DNA of 64,000 nucleotides. Origin: Phoronis australis. Lineage: Eukaryota > Animalia > Phoronida. The position numbers and the translations under genes are program-made. The notes under the pieces were generated by a model. The model saw nothing but the letters and a program-made list of their open reading frames with translations, made no database searches and had not been told where the DNA came from. Each line of letters starts with the position of its first letter. Position 1 is the stretch's first letter. The stretch covers positions 1-64,000 of the forward strand of contig NMRA01000392.1 of NCBI GenBank assembly GCA_002633005.1, read 5' to 3'. Of this stretch, positions 1 to 9,910 are shown piece after piece.

Positions 1-1067
1 TAGGGTAAGGGTTAGTATTATGGTTAGACTTTGGGGGAGTGGTTAGGCTCAGGGTCAAAGTCAGGGTCAGGGTCATTTTCAGGGTCGGAGTCAGTCCCAG
101 GTTCAGGGTCATGGGTTAGGGTGAAGGTTATAGTGAGGGTTAGGGTGAGGGTTAGGTTGAGGGTTAGGGTGAGGGTTAGGTTGAGGGTTAGGTGAGGGTG
201 AGGGTGATTGTTATGGTTAGTGTTTTATTGTTAGGGTTAGGGATATGGTTAGGGTTAGGGTTACTGCTATGGTCAGGGTTAGGACTAGTGTTAGGGTAAG
301 GGTTAGTGTTATGGTTAGTGTAAGGGTTAGGATTAAGGTTATGGTTAGGGTTAGGTTTACGGTTGGGACTAGGGCTAGGGTTAATATTAGGGCTAGGGCT
401 AGGGTTAGGGCTAGGGCTAGGGCTAGGGCTAGGGTTAGGAGTATGGTTATTTTTAGCGTTAGGGTTAGGGTTAGGCTAGGGTTAGGCTTAGGTTTAGAGT
501 TAGGGTTGATTTTACTGTTATTGTTAGGGATATGGTTACGGTTAGGGTGAGGGCTAGGGTCAGGGTTAGGGCTAGGGTTAGGGTCAGGGTTAGGATTAGG
601 GTTAGGGAAAGGGTTAGGGTTAGGAGAATGGTTATTGTTAGCGTTAGGGTTAGGTTAGGGTTAGGTTTAGGTTGAGAGTTAGGCTTAATTTTACTGTTAT
701 TGTTAGGGATATGGTTAGGGTTAGGGTGAGGGCTAGAGTCAGGGTTAGGGCTAGGGTTAAGGTAAGGTTAGGGTTAGGGTTAGCTATTAGGTTTAGGCTT
801 AGGGTTAGTGTTAGGGTTGAGGCTAGGGCTAGGACTAATGTTTGGGCTAGGGCTAGGGCTACGTCTAGGGTTAGGGATAGGGCTAAGTCTAGGGATAGGG
901 CTAGGTTTAAGGCTATGGATAGGGCTAGGGCTAGGGCTAGGGTTAGGGCTAGCGTTAGGGTTAGGGTTAGGGCTAGCGCTATTGTTAGGGCTAGAGCTAG
1001 GGCTAGGGTCAGGGCTAGGGCTAAGGCGATAGGCTAGGGTTAGGTCTAGGGTTAGGGTAAAAGCTAG
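1..1067 (+). repeat. Degenerate telomeric-type array (TTAGGG with CTAGGG, TCAGGG, TGAGGG variants), part 1
   Basis: Continuous hexamer repeats NNAGGG read directly from the sequence; the array probably continues left of the window. Confidence 0.95.
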
Positions 1068-1304
1068 AAAAATAATTGCAGGCGGTCTGATACACGTTGT
1101 ATCAGACGTGCGCAGGCCTCGCATGTGGGCCCATTGCACTGATCACCTGGAAATATTTTTATGCTTTATTAATATATGGTTAAGACCGAGGTGAGGAGCT
1201 AGAAACCTGGCTCAAGGGTTTAGCAGTGTGACCTGGTGGGACTCGAACCCACGACCTCGAGTAAAGAAAGCGGGCACTTATCAACCAGGCCACACTGCCT
1301 CCTC
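1068..1304 (-). mobile_element. tRNA-derived SINE, copy 1, inserted in the telomeric-type array
   Basis: Minus strand begins GAGGAGGCAGTGTGGCCTGGTTGATAAG (A-box-like) and has GGTTCGAGTCC (B box); homologous copies at 32444 and 49384; imperfect TSD agggtaaaagctag/aggttaagggctag. Confidence 0.9.
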
Positions 1305-1524
1305 AGGTTAAGGGCTAGGGCTAGGGCTAGGGCTAGGTGTAAGGCTAGGTCTAGGGCTAGTGTTAGGGCTAGGGCTAGGGCTAGGTTTAAGGCTAGGGCT
1401 AGGGCTAGGGCTAGGGCTAGGGCTAGGGCTANCTAGGGCTAGGGCTAGGGTTAATGCTAGGGTTAGGGTTATGGTTAGGGTTAAGGTTAGGTTTAGGGTT
1501 AGGGTAAGGGTTAGGGTTAGGGCT
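1305..1524 (+). repeat. Degenerate telomeric-type array part 2 (CTAGGG-rich, then TTAGGG)
   Basis: Direct hexamer repeats between the SINE and the LINE; one N at 1432. Confidence 0.95.
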
Positions 1525-4404
1525 AAAAAAACAGTGCAGGTTGTCATTTGCGGTGCATCAGACGTGCGCAGGCCTCATGGTTGGGCCCTTTGCACAAAAC
1601 ACCTGAGCAAAGGCACGAGACCCCAATGATGGCTCCTCGTGAAGAATGTTTTCAAGTCTGCCAGTATCCTTTAGGAGTACGGACAGACGTTTCCATTTGT
1701 TGCCATGCACTATATGTTGTAGGCGTTTAACAGTGCCATGCAGCAGGTTGCTCCTTAGCCTATAAAAAACTGGGCAAGACTCTACTCAGATTCTACCTCA
1801 GTACCACACTCAGGACACACAGGGCTCCCCATATGCCCAGAAATGTGTCTGTGTCGGGCTAGGTTGCAGTGGCCCGTCAAAATTTGCATGACGTGTCTTA
1901 TACCCAATCTATCTAGACTCAGAAGGCTTTTTGAACCTTTTGGTTCGATCACGTTGGGAAAATTCTCCTTGGTCTCTCTGCAGGAGTTAAATGATGCCCA
2001 CTGGGCTGCTGACTGGGTATGTTGCGTATACTCACCCTGCAACATCCGTAAGATACCGGGATAGCAGGTTCAGGCACAAAATTCAGAACGCTTGCTCCTA
2101 TCTTTGCGAGTCTGTTTGCATTCTCATTGCCATCAATTCCCACATGGGCCCTGACCCAGCGTATATTGACGGTTCTTTCAATTGCAAGCTTGTTAAGCTC
2201 ATTAATACAAGCATTAACACAACGAGAGTTGACCCTTAGCTTCTTTAGGGCTTTTATTGCTGCCTGGCTATCTGAAAAGATGGTAATTGGCCGATTGCCA
2301 AGTTTAGTGTTATATTGTTGTGCCAGTTGACCAGCTCTAATAATTGCAGTGATCTCAGCCTGAAACACCGTGGCAAGATTGCCTAACGATACCCAGTTTT
2401 CTGCATCTGCAACAGGAAGGCTTGGAAAGTAGACCCCAGCACCTGTCTGGCCATTTTCCAGTTTAGAGCCGTCCTTATAACAAACCACCTCATTCTTGTG
2501 TTCTGCGGTAGGCCATCCATCGCCAATTTCCGTGAAGAAATTGTTTGTATGATTTAAAGGTGTGACCTGGACATCACTAGGCATGTTCCATAGTTGCCCA
2601 GTCTTGGCCATTAGCTTATTGCAAACATTCATGTGGCTTCTGTGTGCAACGGAGTCAGGGATGTTAGTTTTCACCCACTGACCATTATATTTGAGACGAA
2701 GTGCGGCACATGCAGCTTCACCCTCAAGGTACATGTTCAGTGGTGGTAGACCGATTAGCATTTCTAGGGCTGCAGAAGGCGTTCCTGGAAAAGCAGACTG
2801 AGGTTATGCACAGACAAGCTAGACGTTGCAGCTGCCTAAGTTTGTTGATAATTGTAATCTGTTTTAATGCCGTTACCCATACCGACGAAGCATAGGACAT
2901 TATAGGTCGGATAACAGCAGTATAAATCCAGAAAATATTCTTGGGGACATTCCCCAAGTTTTACCCACCGCACGACTACATCTCACCAATGCAGATTTGG
3001 CTTTTGAGATTTTTTCTGTAATATGCGGGGTCCAGGAAAAACGATGGTGTAAAATGACACCTAAGTAAGTCGCCTTGTCTACAAGATCAAGATGTTTACC
3101 ATTCAGCGTTAAAGGCCGCATTCAGCATTTAAGCTTTCAAGTGAACATAATCACCTTTGTTTTGCTACCACTAATTTCTAAGCCAACTGACTTTGCCCAT
3201 GTGGCTGTTGTATTCAGTGCTCTTTGAGCAAGATGGCGACATGTGTCAGGATCGATGCTAGACACACTGAGAACAATATCATCTGCATAGGCTTGAACAT
3301 ACAAGCTTGGACCCATGTCAGTAGATAATTGTCGAAGCAAACCATCCATAATCATGTTAAAGAGGGTGAGTGAGGCAGCGCCACCCTGAGGTGTTCCTCT
3401 GGTTATGCGAACCGGCACTCTCACATTGTCTAGACAAGCAGTCACAGATTGACTTCCAAGCATGTTAATGATCCACCTGGTAAGACACCTATTAAGGTGG
3501 TCCAGTGCAATTCGGATCGCATCATGCTTAATATTGCTGAAAGCACCAACAAGATCAATGAAGGCACAGAAGGCAAATTGTTTATTAAAAACAGCCCTTT
3601 CCAGTCTAGCAACCAGATGATGTAGAGCGGTCTCCTTAGAGAAGCCAGGCCTATAAGCATACTGATTGTTCTGAAGTTTGTTCTGTATTCCTTGTTTATC
3701 AAGATGCCACAGAATGAGCCTTTCCAGTCCTTTGAGAAGAAAGGATGTTAAGGTTATAGGCCTAAATGATTCAGCCAAAAGGTGTGAGTTCTTCCCTGAT
3801 TTAGGAATGAAGACTACCCTAGCTTCAGTCCAAGTCTTAGGGATATAACCTAGTCTAAGACTGGCTGTTAAAGTTGCTGTGAGTATTTGGAATAGTGGTA
3901 TCCCAGCTTCTTGCAACATTATAGGATATGTCATGTCTAGTCCTGGGGACTTCCATGGTTTAAAAGACTTTAGAGCTAACCCCACGAGATGTGGTGTGGC
4001 TATGTTTTCAACAGCAGCATAAGCTAATGGTTCACACTCCTCGGAGTCCGTCACTTTTGAATATTGGTTCGACAGGTTTACACTATCAGGATAGTGCTTA
4101 CCCATCATGACTTCGAGTGTTTCCTCGGTGGAGCGTGTGCATGAGCCATCCTCTTTTTGAATGACCTCGAGTCTGGAGGAGTGATTCTTCTTAAGCAATT
4201 GCATTAGCCTTGTAGATGCAGAGAGGCTGTTAGTTTGCTACAGAAATTCCTCCAGTAATTGCGCTTTGCTTTGCGTGTGGCAGACTTAAACATACGATAG
4301 GCAAGATGATATGCATCCCAACACTCGCAGTGTCAGTCCGAATTGCCGCTCTGTGAGATTTACGTGCCTTACCCCGAAGTGCTGCCAGTTCTCTGGTCCA
4401 CCAA
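1525..4404 (-). mobile_element. 5'-truncated non-LTR retrotransposon (LOA/R1 group; RT + RNase H + C-terminal Cys motif) inserted in the telomeric-type array
   Basis: RT motifs KSPGLD, FRPITLTSFLLKGLERL, AFIDLVGAF, GTPQGG, QAYADD; RNase H motifs DGSK, TVFQAEITAI, FSDSQAA, WVRAHVGIDGNENANRLAK; ILTGHC...CPEC; putative TSD agggttagggcta/agggttaggacta; no endonuclease domain present. Confidence 0.9.
1782..4204 (-). pseudogene. Disrupted ORF2 (reverse transcriptase 3137-4204, RNase H about 1949-2761)
   Basis: One protein split over ORFs 3137-4204, 2900-3121, 2724-2957, 1949-2761 and 1782-2045, implying several frameshifts or stops. Confidence 0.88.
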
Positions 4405-5467
4405 AGGGTTAGGACTAGGGTTAGGGTTAGGTCTAGGGTTAGGACTAGGGTTAGGGTTAGGGTTAGGTCTAGGGTTAGGCTTAGGTTTAGGGTTAGGGTT
4501 AGTGTTAGGGTTAGGTTTAGAGTTAGGGTTAGCGTTAGGGTTTGGATTAGAGCTAAGTTTAGCGTTAAGTTTAGAGTAAGTGTTAGGGTTAAGGTTAGGG
4601 TTAGGGATAGGGTTAGGGTTAGAGTTTGGGGGTGGGGTTAGGGTTATTATTGGGATTTAGATTAGGGTTATGATTAGGGCTAGGGATAGGGCTAGGGCTA
4701 GGGCTAGGGCTAGGGATGGGACTAGGGCTGGGGCTGGGGCTGGGTCTGGGGCTGGGGCTGGGCCTGGGACTGGTAGGGTTAGGTTAGAGTAAGGGATGGG
4801 CTTATGGTTTAGTTTGGTGGTAGGGCTATTGCTATAATTGTTTTTAAGGTTAGGGTTAGGGTTAGGGCTAGGGTTTTGGTAAGGGTTATGGTTAGGGATA
4901 GGGTTAAGTTTGGGGGTAGGGTTAGTGTTATTGTAATTGTTAGGCTTAGGGTTTAGTTTCGGGGTAAGGATATGGCTATCATTGTGGTTAAGGTTATGGT
5001 TAGGGTGAGGGCTAGGGTTAGGGTTAGGGTTAGGCTTAGTTTTAGGGTTAGGGATAGGCTTATTGTTAGTGTTAGGGTTGGGGTTTGGGTTGAGTTTGGG
5101 GTTGGTGTTGAGGTTAGGGTTAGGGTTTGGCTTAGTCTTAGGGTTAGGGTTTGGCTTAGTCTTAGGTTAGGCTTAGGTTTAGGGTTAGATTTAGGGTTAG
5201 GTTTAGGGTAAGGGTTATTATTTAGATTTAGGGTGAGGTTTAGGCTTAGGGTTAGGGTTAATATTAGGCTTAGACTTAGGGTTAGGGTTAGGGTTAGGGT
5301 TAGGGTTAGGGTTAGGTTTAGGGTTAGATTTAGGGTTAGGTTTAGGGTAAGGGTTATTATTTAGATTAAGGGTGAGGTTTAGGCTTAGGGTTAGGGTTAA
5401 TGTTAAGCTTAGACTTAGGGTTAGGGTTAGGGTTAGGCTAATGGTTACGTTTATAGGTTTAGGGTTA
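4405..5467 (+). repeat. Degenerate telomeric-type array part 3
   Basis: TTAGGG and variants, including a near-perfect run at about 5276-5315; ends abruptly into unique sequence. Confidence 0.95.
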
Positions 5468-7586
5468 TGATGGACTTGCAGGAGGAGGTGACAGATCCCA
5501 TAGGAACAATTTGTTTTCACAGCTTTTCTGTAGTGGAGTCGTTCTCCGTCGATCCCTTTCACGGCCCTTGCTCCGGTCGTCGAAGATTCAGCCCCAGCCG
5601 GTTCGTCCAGTGAACATCCACGGGCAGAAGGTGCGTAGGAGTTGCTATTGGATGTCCGTAACTGTTAAGAATATTATTAATATGTATCCTATAACCGTGA
5701 ATTATTACTTGGTCTTGTTTTTTTTTTAATTTGGTAGGTGCTTTGCATATCTGTCCCAGGCGGCCACATCCCCGCTGTCACTTGTGAATAGCGTTGCAGT
5801 CGTGAATAAATACCGGTTTCAATTATATAAAAAACTGGGATTTTTTGCGTTTTAGCAAATCACTCAAAAAGTGTTTGGTCTCGGATTGTTTGTAGACAAA
5901 GTTTCTTTCACTGGCTGACAATTGAGCATTGCACAAAATTGTCTCCTACTTCTCTGAGCCTGAGCTTGGTGTTACTAGTGAGTGAATAAAGGTATACAAG
6001 GGAATGAATGAGAACCACTTTGGAATAATCGACAGTGAAGTGTAAAGAAGAGGACGAAAGAATCGCAATTTTATAATTTAGACTTTCTCACCTCGGGGCT
6101 GGGGGGATGACTCTATAGGTTATGGAACAGGTCAAAGGCTTCATTTTCGTGCTCAAGGCCAAGTCAGCTCGGACCCATATCAATTTACACATTTGTTCCA
6201 GTTTTATTTTGCAAGGCGATGCTTGAAATGGAAACAACCATTTCGTGTCTATGTACATTGACCCAATGTTGCCATTATGTATAAATAAAATATACAAAAA
6301 ATATGGTACAAATGAAATATGGTACATGGCCTGGGTACGTGTTGACTTAGGTAGGAAACGCCTGGTAAAGTTTCTGGGCATCCCATTGGATTGGTGATTG
6401 CCCATATACATGTAGCATATGGAGAAGTTTTAAGAAATTTTTACTGTAATATTTAAAATAAGGGTGACCCTTTGCCTTTGAGTGGAAACCCTCAGCTTTT
6501 TAAGTTGGTTTGCCCCATTGGCATTGTCTAGTTTGATTAATGGTATGTGGGTGCCGATAGTGTTCAGATTAGGAGAACAGGTCTCACGACTACTTACAAA
6601 ACAGTCCCCTCCATCAATGAATCAAGGCAACTATCTTGTGTCTTAGGGCCAAATAAAAATTAAACAACTAATGTCCACTGCCTTGGGTGTAGCAATATTC
6701 ATTTGTCTGAAAAGTAAATATATTTACTATATATGATCAAATTGTATGAAAAATATATAGGTTATGATGTTCCAAAGTTTGTTTTTTTGGAAACAGATTT
6801 GATTTTTGTTTTGTTGTAAACAGATCGCTGCTCAAGTGGGATTTACTCTGAACAATAAAGCGCGTCACGTGGGATCAGGCCGTGCTCGGCAAACTTCGCC
6901 CGAGTGCCGCTGTTTGTCTAGATGACAGGATCGTGCTTACGATAAGAGGAGGCTTTATGTTATTCATAAACCACGCGCGTGGTGGCTACAACAAAGGGTA
7001 ACAGAAGTGAATGTCTATACCTAAGCATAAAAGTCTAGCCCTAAGACCTAAGTAAGTTTCATGTTATGTATATAGCAACGAGAGAGCCCCCAAAAAGTAG
7101 TGCGGTGTGAATGCCTTAAACTCGGCCAAGAAACAAATAGCAGAAAATTGAGATTTGTTATTCTGCTATTTTTGGTTTAATTGCAACAATAATACGGTAG
7201 AAGTGTAGGCATTTTCAAATTTTGAACTGAAAGCGATCGTCAAATATGGAAATATGTTGTTCATCCAGTGTCCACTTTGATTGTGGATTGGTGGATTGAC
7301 TATCATGCGTGTACACGTTTGAGCGTTTCTGTTCTTTTAAATTCAGTACAGGCTGACGGTAGATTCATCACAGGCAGTCCTCCGTCGTGCTTAAAGCCAG
7401 ACAATCAACTACGGTGTTTTCTCAGTTACTGAGAATAGACCGTTGAGCATTTTCACGTTATGCTAGTAGGCCTAGACCTCAACTTTGGTCAATGAAAATC
7501 TTCTCTAGTCAATCAATGTCAATGGTGCACAACCCTCATAATGCAGACTTCATACGAGCCACAAACTTGATGGAAAAGATTTCCAG

Positions 7587-8735
7587 GGTTCCATGTCACT
7601 GTGACGAAGGTTCAATACCCCGACGGTCCAGTACTCCGAATGCCCATTACTCCGAAGGTTCGTTATCTTCTGAAATTCACTACTTTAAATTTCCACTATT
7701 CCAAAACCAAGGCCCGGTCTCTAATCTTTGTACTCGAAACGAACTGGAAATTGTTTTTGGTAATTTCTTTGCTCCTTTTGTGCGAACTCAAGATAAGTGG
7801 TTATCAGATTGTGCTCGAATAATTATAGTTTTTACATATGAGTTTCTAGCCCAAGTTTGCACTTTAAAAAAAACCCTTATACGAGTGCTACAAACTCGAA
7901 TAAAAACTCGAAATTTCGAGTTCAAACTCAAGCTTTTAAGTTGAATTTGTCAACTGCAAACTAGGATTAATAAATCATCCACGTAAGTCATTCTGTAATC
8001 GAGCATAGAGTAATAGACACATATCTTAAGTTCTCACAAAAGTAGATTAAAAAATGCCAAACATTATTTCGTGTTCCATTTCGAATAAAAAGATTCGAGA
8101 CTGGGCCCAAAACTCCGGCAGTTCACTACTCTGGTTGACTTGTGATCACGAAACATTCTCAAGCAGAAACAACTTCTGGGGCACGGCTGCGGTGGTGGTT
8201 TCAAATTTAAGAAGATTAAATGGGACTCCCCGACTTTTTGAGGACTGGCAGGGACAGGGTGGCCTATTAACTTCATTTAGTTTCGACCCGGCCGTGTGCG
8301 TTGCGCTGCGAGATCGATCTTGTTATGGATTTGATGAATCGTGTCATGGCTGATAATTCATCAGTATTCCTACTTCATATCATTTTAAAATGCAAGTGCG
8401 TATTCATTTTAAGACATGCGGGCAACTTTGCATGTACGTGAAATCTGACTACCGTTTCTAGTTGTCGGCTGGCCAGCTGGAGACGATGGTCACTGTTTTC
8501 ATAAAATCCAAACAAAGTGTTTTAGCGCCCGGGCGTTGTTTTCGGTATAGGTGCGTCTAGTAGCCGAAATATCGTTTATTTTAGCATGTATAAGTTTAAA
8601 ATTTACATCTGAGCTTGAAACTTTAGATATTTTTGGAGTGGTGATTCTTCGGAGTGATGAATCGTCGAAGTACAGTGAACCTTCGGAATAGTGAACCTGT
8701 CGAGTAGTAAACTTTCGAAATAGTGGGATATCCCC
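7587..8735. mobile_element. Foldback/MITE-like non-autonomous DNA transposon with modular subterminal repeats
   Basis: Flanking direct repeat atttccag (7579-7586 and 8736-8743); inverted tandem units of the type tactccgaagg / ccttcggaatag near both ends. Confidence 0.55.
7711..8107. mobile_element. PIF/Harbinger-like MITE nested in the foldback element
   Basis: TIRs ggcccggtctctaatctttgtactcgaa / ttcgaataaaaagattcgagactgggcc; 3-bp TSD caa. Confidence 0.65.
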
Positions 8736-9299
8736 ATTTCCAGCGATGTAGGCAACTTGAGTAACACAACCAGATAAACAATTTTGTTAAGTCATTCGCC
8801 GACTAATATTCATATTTCCATCTGAGTATGCAATGAGGTGTAATCACTCATTTAAGCATAACTGATTTGAAACTTTGGCAGGAAATAATGCGAGAATATT
8901 CTCTTTTTGGACCACATTACATCCTAATTTGTGTCCCGTTCTTTACGAGCAACCGTCACAGCATTCTCGTTTCTGGTATTACGAATTCCGTCTCATCTCA
9001 TGAACACGAGTCGTCGTTGTGTATACAGATTTCCCTTCCCCCTAATTAATCAGCTGCGTCAAAGGACTTGCCGATAACTCTACAGTGTCGAAGTTTGCAA
9101 AATACCAAGATCCACCGTTCTTTAAATTCGAACCACCCCTGCTCAATGCTGGCCACGAGCCTGAATAGAATATATGTATTTGAGTAGAGAGATAGGGGCG
9201 TCTAAGAAAGTCGCCCCTATCGAACGACCAAACTTCTGCATGCTACTGCCCCACCGCTAAAAATGTCTGTAAAGTAGCTTTTGTTGCATTCAGAATGTT

Positions 9300-9910
9300 G
9301 TTCGACATTACGCAAATAGTTTCAAGCGGTTACATGGTGGGTTGATCTAGCTCTACTCAGGTACTTGGGCGAGTCTGGCGGGGATAACACACCACTAGAT
9401 TTGTCGTGCAGTATTTATTCTTGATACCTGGGCTTACGGCGAGTATTTTGCAACTGGTTTCATGCGGTTACCTCATGGTTGATCTAGCTCAATTCATGTA
9501 TTTGAGCGTGTCTGGCGGGCCTAACCCACAACTACATTTGTCTGGCAGTGTTTATTCGTGATACCTGGGCTTACGGTGAATATTTTGGAACTGGTTTTAA
9601 GCGGTTACCTCTTGGGTTGATCTAGCTCAATTTTTTACCCTTTTTGATAATCCTTTGGCAGGGGCACCTCCCTACTGAAATTGTCTGGCAGTGACCAATT
9701 TTGATACCGTCGATTACATAATAGGTATCCAAGGCAGTTTGAAGTGGTTACCAGAAAAGTTGATCTACCTCAATTTTGCCTGAGTGTCATTCTCTTGGCT
9801 CCCCTGATCACACTCACCAGAGCGAACCTGCCAGACGGCCATTTCCAAGCATCAGGATACCCATAGAGCACTGTGGCACCAAAGAAAAATGGTTACCTTT
9901 TCATGCCCAA
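9300..9910. repeat. Degenerate tandem repeat, unit about 138-145 bp, 4-5 copies
   Basis: Anchor (G/T)GGTTAC at about 9326, 9464, 9601, 9744 and 9889, followed by GTTGATCTA in the first four units. Confidence 0.8.

Noticed and set aside
1225-1304. tRNA gene (also about 32605-32685)
   Set aside because: Has A/B boxes and an acceptor-like stem but is the head of a TSD-flanked dispersed SINE; no canonical anticodon arm confirmed
245-1629. ORFs rich in VR, AR, LG or SP/NP dipeptides (also 4343-5211)
   Set aside because: Automatic translation products of hexamer repeats; no evidence of genes
1-5467. Functional chromosome end at the window start
   Set aside because: Wrong strand orientation for a left telomere and too degenerate
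6088-6411. 107-aa ORF with a strong GTGAG donor at 6090
   Set aside because: Overlaps MITE-like inverted motifs and has no recognisable protein similarity
9300-9910. CRISPR-like array
   Set aside because: Eukaryotic context, whole units are homologous, no unique spacers or cas genes
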